Shown: positions 39,405 to 54,560, counted from the first letter of the stretch. The stretch is 64,000 nt of DNA from Chrysomallon squamiferum (GCA_012295275.1 CM022676.1:12896001-12960000), one strand, 5' to 3'. The notes: generated from the letters alone by a model not told the origin. A program made the numbers and translations.

Positions 39405-40173
39405 TAGTGGTACCTCGAGTTACGAGTGCTCCAACTTACAAGTTTTCCGAGTTACGAGCAGCCGCCCTGTCGATTTTTGAGTTGCGAGCCAAAATCCGAG
39501 TTACGAGCAAGCTTCAGCTATACCGCCGCTAGTTGCCGCAATGAACAACACGACGTCCGACCAGCATCCCACATCTCACTCGTTTACTTCACGTGGTTAC
39601 TTCGCCGCGGAAATATCTCTGTTGTCTTGTGCTCGCGTTTTGTGCAGTAGTTTGCCGAATTTCCATGATCCTAAGAAAGTGAGTGCAAAGGACAGTGATG
39701 AGAAAAAGAAGCGGATGATGTCCACTGAATTAAAGCATGAAATCATAGAAAAACATGAGAGAGATGTGAGTGTAGTCAACATGGCTAGGCAGTACGAGAA
39801 TAGCACTTCTACAATATGTACCATAGTAAAGCAGAAAGAGTCGATAAAGGCTGTAACTCCAGCCAAAGGCGTTAAAATCATTTCTAACCTGCGGACCTCT
39901 GTCCATGAAAACATGGAGAAATCCTAACCCTGTACACTTTACAAAACCAATTTTTTTTTTTTTTACATTCTCTTTTATTTTGTTTTAATACAATATTTGT
40001 CATTTACACATACATTTACAGGTTACAAAAAATATGGGTGGTTTTGGTGGGGCTGAAACAAATTAATAGTATTTCAGTTAATTTTGTTTGGGAAAATTGA
40101 TTTGATATACCAACAAATTGAGTTGCGAGCTCGGTCATTGAACGAATTAAACTCGTAAGTCAAGGTAGAACTG
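39405..40173 (+). mobile_element. Internally deleted Tigger/pogo (TIGD-like) transposon
   Basis: TIRs tagtggtacctcgagttacgagt / actcgtaagtcaaggtagaactg, TA flanks; ORF 39541-39927 has PKK...KKRMMSTELKHEIIEKHE...ARQY..STSTICTIVK, a CENP-B-type N-terminal HTH. Confidence 0.9.
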
Positions 40174-40329
40174 TATTTATATATTTCCAGATTTTGTTTG
40201 GATTTCCGAAATCCGGCAAATATGGGTCCGTTAAAAAGTAAAATAGACCAATTGGTTGGGAACAAAATGTAAATAGGGATAGATTAGTTTTAGGCCCCCA
40301 TATACAAGTATTTTAAATAATAAATTTTA

Positions 40330-40372
<43 letters not shown>

Positions 40373-40382
40373 TAAAACATTG

Positions 40383-40424
<42 letters not shown>

Positions 40425-41525
40425 TAAAACATTAATAATAATAATAATAATAATAAAGAAAAATGGTTAAACAATGTGTAATTCGAATTTTAAATATACA
40501 CTTAAACACATTTATAAATATCAGAAACAATAAATCAGCACAGGTATATTTGGACGACAGTTATAACCATGTTATGGTATACACAGTTGTCAAAAATCGT
40601 ACTGCCATCTGTAATCATCGGGGTCAAAAGCGAACACAGTTAACAATCTGAAACGTTATTTGATTTCAGACATTCCAGGTATATGAATAAATAAAAATAG
40701 TAGAGAATGATGATGAAGAAGAAAACGTGTGAGAATAAACAGATGACGAATATAAATAGGACGATTCCCTGTAACAAAACAGACTGAATTTTTTGGAGCC
40801 ATAAATAAGTTGGACCAGTGATGAGGAACTGGACCAAGGGATGTCGCTCACTGCAAAGTTACTACCTCTAACACTACACCCCTGGACCCCACGTATATGT
40901 GCCTATGTTTTGTTCGTGTTAAGTCATGCAAGCGCATGAAAATGATAAACAAATGTACAAAATCAGAAAAGTGTGTGTCAGTGTCCTTTAAAAACTCCAG
41001 CAGGTTTGAAAACATAGCAATCAGCCAACAACTGGCGGTCTGCACACTTATCTTTACGGCTCTTCGATAAACTTTTGATTTGATAGCCTGCTGATAAACT
41101 GAGAATAAAATACGCTCATTGTATCTGCTTATATATGCAATATACAAGTACTGAACAAATTGTCCAGCTTCCAGAAAACTCATAATATCCAAGTTAAAGC
41201 AAGAAACATAATAAAATGTTAATTACACTCTAAACTTTAAACAATAAATCTGCTTGGGATAAATAAACAACGTCGTCAGTAACAAAAGCAGACAATTTAC
41301 GATCAGATTTACCAACAACACAATCAGCAATTTAAATGCAGCTAACATCCTAGCGGCTTCATAAACTGATACAGCACAAAGGAATAGTAACAAAGAAATA
41401 TCCACTTATATGGTTAGGTAACCGATTTAGAACATCATAATAAAACAGAGTGAATAGATAAAAATTAATATCTAATCAAATGAGCTAACGGAGGCGATAA
41501 TATTTTGTATACCGGTCCATACATT

Positions 41526-42155
41526 CAGAGCCGGTGCTACCTTATAGGCAAACTAGGCAGCCGCCTAGGGCGCTGATTTCAAGGGGCGCATTTCTCCAAA
41601 TCAACAGTTTTGAAAAATAAATAAATAAATTTCTGTTTTATTGAGGTTATTTTTATTTTTATTTTTTTATCCTGGTTTACTTCATGCAGGGAAAATAGAG
41701 TGGTATTTTCAGTCTGACCGAAACAAACAAAATGAGTGAATGAAAATGGCGCCTACATAAAACTGTCAGGACGTGATCCTTGAAAAAAAATGTCCGTCGC
41801 AGAAAAACTTTGCTTCTAGAGATTGCATAGGATGTTGAAAATAAATGTTTTAAAAATATTGCTGTGAATGAATATTTTTGTCGAAAGATAAGGCTTTAAA
41901 CGTTACATTTTGAGTGGAGAGACACCAAAGGGCCAAACCAATGATTTTGGCTGCCATAACTGCCTTTAAGGTGTACCTGCTTTAGGAACTTGGTAAGTTT
42001 TGTATCATCATTTTGCCCCGTTAAACTGTCCAAATACTGTAAACTTTAGGCATTTTTTATTTTTTTTAAATTTTTTTTTTTTTAATTTATTGTTTATGAA
42101 TTTTGAAATTGATATTTTCCTGGGAACGATAAAATCTAACCTTGCACCGACCCTG
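41526..42155. mobile_element. hAT-type MITE
   Basis: TIRs cagagccggtgc / gcaccgaccctg; flanks catacatt and catacacc (6 of 8 bp TSD). Confidence 0.75.
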
Positions 42156-42454
42156 CATACACCCAAATCACATATTTGCTCAAGCTAGATATATTGTTGC
42201 CGTCTACATATTTTGATAACATTTTGCAAAAATAATCATAGGTACTACTCATATACATTTATCGCAAATCCTACATGTGAAAAGTATTCATCTTTTGCCT
42301 TATGCTTGGGTGATTTTGTGAAACCATTATACGTCTGAAAATTAATTACACTCCTAGAACAACAAAAGGAAAAACTTTTGTCACGTATATTATTGGTTAA
42401 AAAATAAAATGAAACTGTAAAAGATTTATTTAAAAAGTAACTTAATACTGTATA

Positions 42455-42618
42455 TATATTGGTTCCCATAATTAAAACAAATTGTGAATGCTATATATTT
42501 TCTTCCCTGCAAAAAGAATTAGACTCGTCCATGACGTCTTCCGCTATCGAACGTAACCTTGCTTGTTGCACATTGAAGTAGAAGATAATTTGGTGAGTTA
42601 TTTGTTTGTTTTAAACGT
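42455..42618 (+). promoter_or_regulatory. Putative promoter and non-coding first exon of gene A3
   Basis: CRE-like tgacgtc overlapping ETS-like cttccg, donor TG|GTGAGT after 42592; the A3 leader exon has an acceptor 3 nt before its ATG, so an upstream exon is required. Confidence 0.6.
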
Positions 42619-44039
42619 GGATATGATTTAGAAAATGATGTAAGTTATGTACTACAGGGCATGTGCAAAGATGACCCATTGTCGTTTGTTACTAATATTT
42701 ATAAATACTCTTACTAAGAAACTTGGGAAACAGTTCGAATATGGAATAGTTCTGTCCCCTAGTTAATCGTTCTAAACGGGGATTTTATGGGGAGGTGAGC
42801 TTTTCTTTTCAGAGGGAATTTTTGGAAGAAGAAAAAAGAGGTATATGTGTAATCTAGCTGTTTAGATAATTTCTTTGTTAGTATTTTGATTAGATTTATT
42901 TTGCATTACTGTTACGTGTGTGACAAAATTTTCAAAAGTATACTTCAGATTAATGATTTGTTCCTATAAAATTGTCATATTTATGGTAAATCAAACAAAA
43001 TAAACAAAGCAATAAACTTTTCAGAAGTCAACAACAATTGCTGTGAAGAAAACCCTACATTTTGGTATACAAACTTAAGTATATAAAGTCCTGAATAAGC
43101 TTTGCATAGTCACACAAGAACCATTTTGAAATGATACATATGTCTGTCGATTCTGTTATTTATTAAAGATCAAGTGGCAGATCTATGCCATCATAGTTGT
43201 TTTTGAAATAATGTAACAGTAATGATGAAACAGAAACATGAATACGGAACCTTTTGAAGGGAAGCAAAAATGTGCCACCCTCTGCTTTGACAGCTTTTGT
43301 CACATAAAGAGGTCATATGAGACAGGAAACAAACCAAAAAACATATTTCCTCTGCATGCCTGTAAAGTGCTTGAAAAAATCATAATTTTGTGTTCTAGAA
43401 ATGTTTAATTTTTCAGTCAGTTGTTTTAGGCTTCACTGAAACAAATACTCTGATCGAAGTTAATTAAATCTTCCTATCTTACTTAAAAAGCAAGATAGTT
43501 ATGAAATTTTAAAGGATAACAAGTTGATTATAGTTAGAACTAATTAATGAAATTCTATAAAGTAAAGTTTAATAAAAACAAGAAATGCACACAAATCGCA
43601 CATGAGATGTAACACGTTTGTTTATGGTCCAGATATAATTCTAGTTAAGTTTGATGATTTTTAGCAGAAATAAAGACAAATATCTGATCTAAAGTTTATT
43701 TAGGTTTTGATGGTGAAATGTATTCATCTGTTTTATATCCTTGAGTGTCTTATTGAAAGTTTTATTTTATCAGAAAATCAAAAAGGATAATTTAAACATG
43801 AATAAGTAGAGATGTATGACATTCATACTGAGTAACTAAAGCTTTTGTTTGGGTGAATCAGTACAAAACTAATCCTGGAGTTATTCCATGTCAGTGTGAT
43901 AAAGACACCAGACATTGACTCCAAGAACCTGGGAATGATGGAAAGTGCTTTACTTTCAAATACCTAGTTATATAAATCTGTACAAATCCACTTTAACTTG
44001 TCAGATTTGTTAATTAAGTAAGGTTTGTTCAACAGTGCA

Positions 44040-44660
44040 CCCATACTTTATAGATGTAAACTTCCAAGCACATTCTGCATATGATTCAGTAATGTGTACT
44101 CTGTAATGTAGTGTCTTCATTGCACTGAACACATTACTTTTAGCTGTTCCATCAATGCCATCTACAGAACCTTTATTGTGTGAAGTGGCAAAGAATTCCA
44201 GTTTGAAGAGATTCCAGAATTCATCAGGTTAGTGCAAACCAAAAGTTGATTATTGCTTGAAGTGTTGAGTAGCTCAGAGAAAATAGCTGCATTGGTCAGA
44301 TGATAGGTAACTTTTGTTTGCATTCTCTGGAGAATTACTTTGATGAAAACAGCAGCAGTATGTTTGTGGTTTAAGTAGTAGGATATAATACAGAATTAAT
44401 TTAATAAACCTTGAGCACTCTGTGCTACAGCAGTAAACACAGTGACCTGCATATTGTTCCAGTTTGAACTTTGAACTTCATTTTGTTCATTTTGTTACAG
44501 CAGCATTCTCACTGAAATCCACTTGATTATATTGGTTTTTCTTCAGGATTAATAAGTATATCTTATTTGTATGTGACAAATGTGTTTTAAATGAATAATT
44601 TATAATTCCTCGGTGATGCCACTTTTAGATACCTTTTCAGGGCTTCCTTCACATTGTTTT
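44040..44660 (-). mobile_element. Decayed Sola2-like DDD transposase
   Basis: Reverse strand gives VDFSEN...QNEVQSSNWNNMQVTVFTAVA and FFATSHNKGSVDGIDGTAK; frameshifted. Confidence 0.75.
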
Positions 44661-45508
44661 ATTAAAGTGAGGTATGTACAGAAAGGTATGCTGTGTTATA
44701 TAAAGTTGTTATGTCTACTGTAGATATTTGACTGCATAGTGCTTGTTAAAAAAAACTATACTTCATACAAAGTTACACTTAGTGAACAATAAATGGGATG
44801 TGCAAAAATTAGTACAGCTTTTCAATGGTTTGATTTATCTTCAAAACATAAATAGTTCTAGAAACTTGACATTAACAGTTTTCTAATCATATCACTAAAG
44901 ATCCAGTATTTATTTTCCCAAGTGTTGCATTTTACTTGATATGCACACAAATAAATGTGATGACATGACTTTTCATTTCTTATGAAAATTAATTAAATAT
45001 TTTCACAATTCAAGTCCAACATTTCTTTTTAATGCACAAATAGTAAGGGTGTGAAGATTTCTGTGTCTGTGGTAAAAATGTTCATTATTGTAGATTTTTA
45101 ATTTAAAATATTGATGAAAACAAAATTTAACATTGGTAGAAAAATCATATAGTGTTAATTGTAATGGACCTTTAATCTGACTACTCAGATTATGATAAAA
45201 TTTAGTTTCTGAGATTTTGGCCACTAAAGATTGGTGGCTGTGCCCATTTAGACAAAACTTATTGTTTTAAAGGATCACATTTCCAGAAATATCGATCTGA
45301 TATGGGTAAAATATGATATTGTACTGTCTGACACCAAAACAAACTTGTAAAACAATTTTTAACATCTGAATCAGATAAATTAAAACCTGAATATGATTTA
45401 TATATAAATATACCAGTTCTAAATCAGTTCATTATGTTCTGAATAATTTTTATTTTTTGCCATAAACATTGCATGCTTTTGTATTTTTTTCTGTCTCTTT
45501 TACAGATT

Positions 45509-45575
45509 ATGAAGATTATGAAATTTAAAATAATCTTTATTTTTGTATGCATTGCATTTTCTGAAAGTACTTCAG
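45509..45575 (+). CDS. A3 signal peptide exon
   Basis: Acceptor 45504-45505, ATG 45509, CAG|GTGAGT phase 1. Confidence 0.85.
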
Positions 45576-46190
45576 GTGAGTTACTCGCATCTCAATTTTT
45601 TTCATATATTTTTTTTCTGCAAGTCAAAATACATTCCAACATATGTTTCAAATAAAGAGAATTATTACTTCCATTACACTTTTTCATGTAATCTGACACG
45701 TCTAAGGGTTACTTTAGTGGATAATGCTTTTATTTAATTAAAATAATTTAAAAGTTAGTTTTTCACATAAATGTTCAAATTTTAATTGAACAAAATCATA
45801 AGAAACATGTATAATTGTGTTCTCATTTCTTACAGCCTCAAAGCAGATTCTAAAGCCAGCCATCAATATATGTATGATTGTGATGATAAAATCACATTTA
45901 ATATCAACTGGGTCAGAAGTGGTTTGAAGATATTGAAATTTTGTTAAAATAAAAGTCTTACATTGTGGCATTAATGATACATATAAAATGAATTGATGAC
46001 AAACTTTCATGTTTTTTTAAACAAATTTTTATTGGTATATTTATGGTGAATTGTGTAGGGCACAGTACTCAGTTACTGCCACCATCAGCAAGAGGTTTGT
46101 CATCAGACTCCACTCCCAGCTGTATGAATCTTGCACTACTACTTGGTAGTTATGACAAGGCCATAAGCATTTTGTTCAGGCGCATGGTTT

Positions 46191-46221
<31 letters not shown>

Positions 46222-49200
46222 ATTATTTTAAATAAGAAAAATAAATATATTTATGAATGCATTTGACATTAAACTAAAATAAAATTAATAAATGCATACA
46301 AGCAAACAAATCATAAACACACACACACACACACACATATTCACACACTCTTACTACATTATTTCAGGTCAGTATGTCATAACAAAATCTGAAGACACAG
46401 TGCTAAACGGATCATCATTAACACTTACGTGTAATGCAGGAAGCAATAAAACAGGATTAGCTTGGAATCGGAATGGTACTAACATCGTTCTAACCCAAGG
46501 ATCAGGTACAAATTGTAATGGAGTTCTGCCACCAGAATATCACTTCCTATGCTTCCAAGGGACTATATTCAACTTAACAATACACAATATCACATTCATT
46601 GAAAATGAAAAAAAATGGAAATGTCAGGATCTTTATGGAGGAGCTGAGAGTAATACTGTAACAGTAATTGTTAATGGTAAGTTTTGATAACTATAGTTGT
46701 ATGAATGTTGTTGACAGTTTTATCCCATCACCAACCAATTATTTTGTAATTTTTAGCAGATATTTTAATGATAATTATTTAAACCACAGAAAATAATTGA
46801 AAATGTAACTTTAAAGGAAAGAAAATATTTTCTAGAAAGTGTTTGTTTTCATTCTTTCAGATACTTGTTTCATGATAATTCCACATATCTTGGAACATTT
46901 TGTTTTCAAAATATTTAATAACAACAATTTTTAAAATGCTATTGAATTAGAATATTGATGAGCAATTGGTCATTACAAATAGCAGTTTTAGGATTTTTAA
47001 TGGAAGGATTATTCCCTAAATTCCAACAAAATATGATACATCTCTAAAATCAAAGGATGAACTTGAAAGAAATGACAGCAAAGTTTAAGAAATATGTTCT
47101 CAGTAAAAAGTGATGTACCTGGATGATTAAGAGCAACCTTCAAAATACTGAAATAACACAATGTTTTCAACCTGTGTAATAAAATAAAATGTTTTCTCTA
47201 TCTAAGCATATATAGATGTGTGTGTGGGTTATATGACCCATTCTCAAAAGCTGAATTGTACTGATGGTTACCATGTTAAAACTGAACCAAACATTTTCAC
47301 TTTACATCACGTTTTTTCCACCATCTTGTACATATAGTAAGAAAACAGAGTTATAGATTGGTAACGTGTTGTTAGTTCTTGTTGTTTTTGTACCTTTGTG
47401 GAGTTCTTACATTTGGCACTTGTCAATGCCAAGAGAAATTTTGCAAAGTCATAACTTAGTGAAAAAATGAATAAATTACTATAACAAGTTCATCAGTGCT
47501 GTTACCTCTGAAAAATAATGCATTTGCATTGTTTATTTTAAATATTTAGAGATTTATATAGCCTTAGTGGACTTTTCTATATCTGTCAATAAATTGTTGT
47601 CACTTTGCTGTGTGCGAGCAAAATAAAATCCTGAAAAGTATTAAATACTACAAAGTGACGATCAAGGTTTTGTATTATCATACAACCAGAAAGTAGTCAA
47701 CTTAAGTTTGATGACGACAAAGGCCAAATAAAGTCATAAGCAATTTATTGTGTTTTAAATCAGTCCTTTCAACAAGATTGTTAAACATGATGGGGGTAAA
47801 TGGTGTTCAGCTGTGAACAGCATTCAGTAAAAAGTCCTAAATTAGTGTCAGTTTACAAGCACTTGGCTTAACTGTGCGAAAGCAGCTTCAGTGTTAATTT
47901 TAGCACAGCTAGTTCTATCTTCCTAACATAGTGCATGTTGTCACTGGCAGCTTATATCAAAAGTTGTCCAAAAATGTACTTTTGCTTGCCTTCAAACCAG
48001 TTTAAAAAAAAAAAAAAAAAAAAAAAAATGGCAGAATGTAAAATCTACAAACTTGTAAACAAACGAAAGGTCATTAAATTATCTTTCAAGAAATGTCCGA
48101 CACTAATAGCTTGTAGGATGCATGTTTTATTATATGTTCTGATTTTTACTTCATATAATATGAATATGTTCTGAAATGAACGAATTAACATTATGTTTTG
48201 CCGATTACTATCTCTTCAGTTCTAAGACAGGCAACTGTTTTGCTTTCAAAATTCTTGTGATAAACTGCAAATTAAGAATCATAAACATAACAAACCATAC
48301 TACAGAATAGAACAATGTATTCAGAGGTATTGATAGTATGCTGAATAAAAAACTAATCGCTTTTTTTTTTTAATATCATAAAATCATAAATTGATCAGTT
48401 TTAAAACTTACATTATTTTTGCTTGTTGGTAAGCTCCATCAGAGAAAATTTCAACTGTTCAGATGATAGGTAACTTTTGTTTGCATTCAAATCGGCAAGT
48501 ACAAAGCTAAGGAAATTATTTTTTCTGCTTCAAATGTCAAATTTATCACACCTGTGCTTTTAATCGTCTTTAGTCTCATGCTTGTATACATTTTGTTGCC
48601 TCCAAATAGTACATGCAATACCTTTCTGGAGTAGACTGCAAGGATTAGCTGAGTTAATGTATTGCAGAGGATTATAGTTAAACATCAAATGCTGGTAGTC
48701 ATTTTAAGTAACATTTATATTTATAAATTGTATTTGTGCAATTCAAAAACTTTGAATAAAACCCAAAAGTTAAAAAGACCCTGATGATATGATATTTTCC
48801 TTCTAAATCAACAATAAAAGATTATTTATTAAATAATATTTTTTTTCAGATATTTAAAGTAGCCTGTCTGAATAAGTTAATGCATGTTTAGCAACAAGTT
48901 CCAGTTATTATGACATTTTATTTGATTTCTTTTCATGTCATCAGACAATCAGTCACATTTTTTCTTTTTCAGGTAATAACCTTTAACATCAACAAATGGT
49001 CTCAAACTATCTTCTAGGTCTTAAATTTATAAAAAATAAAAGTAAGACTCAATATTAATATTTAAAGGCTCACTTTTTGAGAATGGGTCATGTATGTATA
49101 AATGTATTTGCAAAGCCAATATGTTCTTTATATCAAACCAGTTTGCATTATTTATGTCAGATTTGTTTTAAAAAAAAACAAAAAAAAAAAAAAAAAAAAA

Positions 49201-52200
49201 AAATAATAATAATAATAATAAAATAAAATTAACATAATTTTCAAGGGAAAGCTTTGGCAAAATCAGTGTACCAGTGCTGCTTTTACCACGAGGAAATTAA
49301 GATCCAAAAAACGGTATATTCCCAAAACTGACAGTGAGGTGTTCTAATCCGCTTCCAGAAATGGGAAAACTGGTGTGAGCAATTAAGGCCAATTTAGACG
49401 TATGGGGATAATGAGATGTGTGAAGAACAGATGGGGCAATTAACAAGATTAACCTTAATGAGCAGTGAAGATCAGAGGTGAGCCGGAATAGAGATTGCAA
49501 GAAAATTAATGTTTGGAGACATGAAATTAATGTTATATCTCAGTAAAATTTGGAGACAGGAAATACTACCATAAGTCAAGCACATGCTCTTCCAGCTGAG
49601 ATTGGAGTACATCACGTGTACCCGGGACATGGCTTCTTACTTGTCAGCTTACTTTCTGGGACATTTCATGGGTAAACTGCGACTGAATGTGCTCTCAAAC
49701 TGTGTTTAAAATACTGTTTTACAAAAGTACATCAATAAAGGTGATGGGCCATCAATTAAGGTGACGGAACACCAATTAGTAAGGGTGAGCAATAAACTGC
49801 CAGAAATGGAACAACTGGCGTGTCCAGTTAAGATGTTTTATAATCTCACTGCCAGATTTGGGAATGCCAGAATCAGGAATAAACCCCCCAAAACCCCAAA
49901 ACAAACAACAAAAAGCTACACCAAAACCAGCTTTGGTCACAAAATTCTTTCTATTCTTGGGCAAAATACCATAATGTGGTGTTGTGGGTTAGCAAAAAGT
50001 CACAGTGGTTCCAGTGTTTAATAATTCATTTATATTTTGCGTTAAATTTAAAGTATCATAGCATCATATTCAGTATACATCTTACAGGAAATAAATACAA
50101 TTCCAGAACATTTCAAAAGATATGTAATCTTTAATTCACTCAGGAAATGTTTAGTTCCTGAAAATTCCAGGAATTGTATATATTTTCTGAAATCTGAAGA
50201 CGAAAAAAATATCCATTTTCCTGAAATCGTTATTATGAGGAAACCAATGGTATTTAAAGAGTAGTTTACATCATGCCTGGCATGAAATGATGACAACAAT
50301 ATTTTTCTAAATTAAAATACATTTTTATTCAGTTATTTTAAAACGGAAACATAGTATTTACTTATATTCCAACATATCAGGATTTCTAGTGTCTCGTTTA
50401 GTGTTAATTGTGTTTCTACACAGCAATATTTGCCACTCTCCTGCAGAAATTTCATTGGAACTATTTTTCCGTTCTTTGGGATAGTTACATTCCAGCTTGT
50501 ACGGGTGCAAAGATACACTTATTTCATTTTACCATGTGTTCATCTTACATAGTTTCAGTTTCATTAGCTTTCTTTCGCTGCTTCTGAATTGCTAATTGGC
50601 AAGAGGACAGCATTTTACCTGAATGTTTACATGGACTTTATCGGATGTAGTTGGAGAGTTGGGAGGACTTGCCAGGTCAGGTACAAAGGAGTAACCAACC
50701 AACAAACATGTCCTTAACGTCATAGTTTACTTTTTTATGATCCTTGGCTCAATGGTCAACTTGTACACCATCTTGTCTCGACCAGCATGACCAGCTGCAA
50801 TATGGGCATGTTTAACCACATCATACATTTCTTCAGGTGACAGGAAGTAAAGAGGAGCTACATCTGTTTGCTCAGGTCGTTTTATCAGTTCTCACTGTGA
50901 CAGCACTGAAATATTTTACCAGTGCGAAATCGTCTTGGAAACACTGGCGGCTCCCTGTATCTTACTGGCAATCTTTCCACACACCTTTTTCTATAATTCT
51001 CTTGTTGTCATCATAAGTCTTGAAAAAGGCTGTCTCAGAACTTATCCTGGTTCTCCATAATTGAATCTTGAACCTTGACAAAAATTAACATGCTAATCAG
51101 AGTGAGCTGTTGTGGGAACATGTCTATGACGGGCACGCTTTCTGACAGTTTTGGCTAAGGAAAGAGAATGGGTTCTTGTTACGATTGCAGGACACAAGGG
51201 AGTGTCTAACATATTGGATCGTAACGAGTCAGTTCCGATGTTTCGTAGACGTTATCCGCTCCTTGTTGTTTCAGGAACTTGTCTAGCTCGTTGAATGTCT
51301 CCTATTCATCACCGGGTCCGTGTTGGTTGCGTTCTGTTTGTTTGTTCTCTTTGTTTGTTCTCTTCTCGGCTGTTGTTGATGTTTCCTTCTTCATTTTGGC
51401 TGATTCCTTCTGGTCCAACAATTCCAAATTGTTTATTTTTTTTGGCCAATGGTCTTTTTATTGATTTAAAAGATGCTGTAAACACCTGTAACTAAAAAGA
51501 ATAATATGAATGAACTTATTTTATTTTATTTTATTTTATTTTATTTTATTTTATTTTTTATCTTAATTTAAAAGATTTTATAAATACCTGCAGCTAAGAA
51601 TAAGAACATGAACTTATTTACATTTATTATGTACAAAAAAAAAAAAAAAAAGTATATATATATATATATATAATAATAATATATATAATTAAAGATGAGG
51701 ATATTTATACTTGACAAACTCTACTGTTCTGATTGCTAATCTCTTTTGCAGAACATTTATGTTGGGAGCTACCTAAGGATTGTAACACTTAATGCTTAGA
51801 TATGTTTCAAGTAATTAACAAGTATTCTTATACTACTTGAAAAGTTGAATAAACATTCTGTCTTGTTATTTTTAACAGATTGCTAGTCTCAAATTTTCAG
51901 ACATTATACATCTGTTTTTACAGTATCTTCACAACTGGAGACAGATTAGTTCACTGACAGAGGTTTATTTTACTATTTAAATGACAGTTAATGTTTACAC
52001 ATTTCTTGAATTACATTTCCCTATAACGAAAGACAATTTCTTTAAGAAACCATGCAAACAGTCTTTCATTACTAATTGTTTTGGATAATGATATTTTGAA
52101 ATCATTACTTTTAATGTTTCTTAATTGTCTTTTTTATGGCAGAAATAATATAAGTATATCTATCAGTTACTAATTTAGTTACAGTGTATGGGATTCTTTC

Positions 52201-52395
52201 TTCTTTTTCTTTGTAGAATGTTTGCAATTTGAAGTAGTTTTGTCATCTATGTGGTTTTATATATTTGTACTGTACATCTGGTGCTTCTAAAATTTCAGTA
52301 TCGACTGATTATGTTCCACCAAGTTTAGAAATCTGAAAATACATGAACTTGATATTTATTTCCAGAAATGTGTTTGTGTGTTTTTGGTAATGTAC

Positions 52396-52430
<35 letters not shown>

Positions 52431-54560
52431 GTTGTTTTTTATATCGGTAAATCAACTTTCATGTGTGTGTGTGTGAAATTCAAGCTGTTTTTGCTGATCC
52501 TTTTCCTCTTGACTTTTCAAAGTTTGTTTATCTATCTCTCTATCTCTCTATCTCTATACATAGTAAATGTATGTTAGGTCTGAAAAATCATACTTCATAA
52601 ATGGCATCCATTTTCTGTTTTACGTTCCCTAAACAAGTGTTTCAGGTTCCAGTGTTCTAACTATTGCTCTTCAGCTGTTGGATTGGTAAAGGCTTGCCAC
52701 ATCCCTTTATGTATTGCAATACCAAGTACTGATTCATTTCATATTGGCATAATCACACTGCCTATATTATGGCTAACCTGTGATACTGAAAGTGCTGCAT
52801 TAATCCACAACTGTGGCACCCATAGGGTAGGAATTTTGTTCACAATTTCACCTTTCAGATGTTGATTTTTTTGTCATGTTTTTGATGGATGAACATGATA
52901 AACAAACATAATCATAAGAGAAGAAAACAAGAAAGTTAACCAATTTCACATACTAGTTCAGAAGATGACACCTTATAGTCAAATATCCTATTTTTGTGTG
53001 AATCAAAACAAGAACAGTGGTCTTGATATAAAAACAATGTTCAGAAAAAAAAAGAGAAAAAAAAAACCATTTCTATGGGTCAACATATTTCTGAGGAGGG
53101 TGGGTGTACTTTAGAGGATGGACACAATCAAACTTCTTGTTTTGTTTTTATCATATTGCAGAATGGATTGTTAATATTGTAGGAGATCGTCATCCACTTT
53201 TTCAGGAAAAAATAATTTTTATGAAACTTGGTATACTTGTTGATTGAGATCCAATAGCATGACATTCAATGCTAAAAATAATCACAAATCTGGATTCCTT
53301 ACAGACTGCTGGTTACTGAGATATGTCAGTCTAAAGGCTGGTCTTGCCAATTTTGACCACAAATATCAAATGTGACAGAGAATGACACAGATACAAAATG
53401 AAATAATACTAAAAATAAATATGTTTACTAACATTTAAGTTGACAGTCTGCTTTGAGTTGAAATTTATTTTTCATTGTTCTGAGAATTTTTCATACACCA
53501 GAAATGTTTTTCCAACAGAAGTTTCTAGAATCAGTATGAACTTGTTGAGCAACTAAATCTGCCAACATGAATAGGACTTTTCTGGTAACATTTAGAATGT
53601 ACTTTCATTGGATGACATATCCATCACTTTTTTTCTCAAGATTCTTTTCAATAAGTTTAATTAGGTAGTCACGGCATACATGGTCACATAGTACAGTTTA
53701 TTACTTGTGCAAGCAACGTTTTTTGTAAATATCCAGTTTTGACCAATAATTTAAAACATCCACAATATTTGACCAGCTCTTCAAAATAGTGCATTACAAA
53801 TATCTATCTTGTTTTGTATAACGTTAAAGCTTTTGAACTACAATGTACATTTTAAATTTTCTGTTAATGGTATAGGAATACCAGCATAATTATGTATCTG
53901 AAGTTGAAAAAATTTCACAAAGAAAATGAAATCTTACCATAATAAACTTAATATTTGTGAAACTCAAAATCTTAAAATAATTATTTTTGCTTATGTGCCA
54001 CTTCAGCAAATGATGTTTTGTTTTACAACCCTATTACTGGTATGAAGATTAACAATGTATTTCATAAAATTAAAAAAGAATAAAGTAAAAGAAAATGTTC
54101 TTCCAGTTGGAAGTTAATTATTTATAATTGAAAAAATTAGTACTTATTACTTTACAACATTTCTATATTTATTGTTTTATTTTCATTTTCAGTTTCTTTG
54201 GCGAACATTTTTATAACAACTGGATCAACCCCAATAAAGCCAGGAATTCTTACACAGATGACCTGTTCAACTAACCCTTGTAATCCAGAAGCTGTAATCA
54301 CATGGACTTTAGATGGTTCAAAGATAACAGATGGCATTAACAGCTCCACTGAGACAATTGCTGACTCTGGTATTGTAACAAGGAGCAGTTTAAATAAAAC
54401 ATTTAATACATATGATAATGGGAAAAATTTGGTGTGTTCAGCTACCAATGGTGAATATCAAGTGTCATCTAGCATCACTCTTGATATCCAAGGTAGGTTT
54501 CATTCACATTAATACATACTAAACTAGCACAAATTAGTAGTATTATTATTATGTTAAAGT

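Noticed and set aside
40660-41200. Acidic coding-like stretch and 114-aa minus ORF between the divergent promoters
   Set aside because: Multiple stops, no recognisable family; probably an old mobile-element remnant.
6519-46676. V(D)J-like somatic recombination or Dscam-like mutually exclusive exon arrays
   Set aside because: No heptamer/nonamer signals noticed beside the V exons and no arrays of alternative Ig exons within a gene; each V exon belongs to its own gene.
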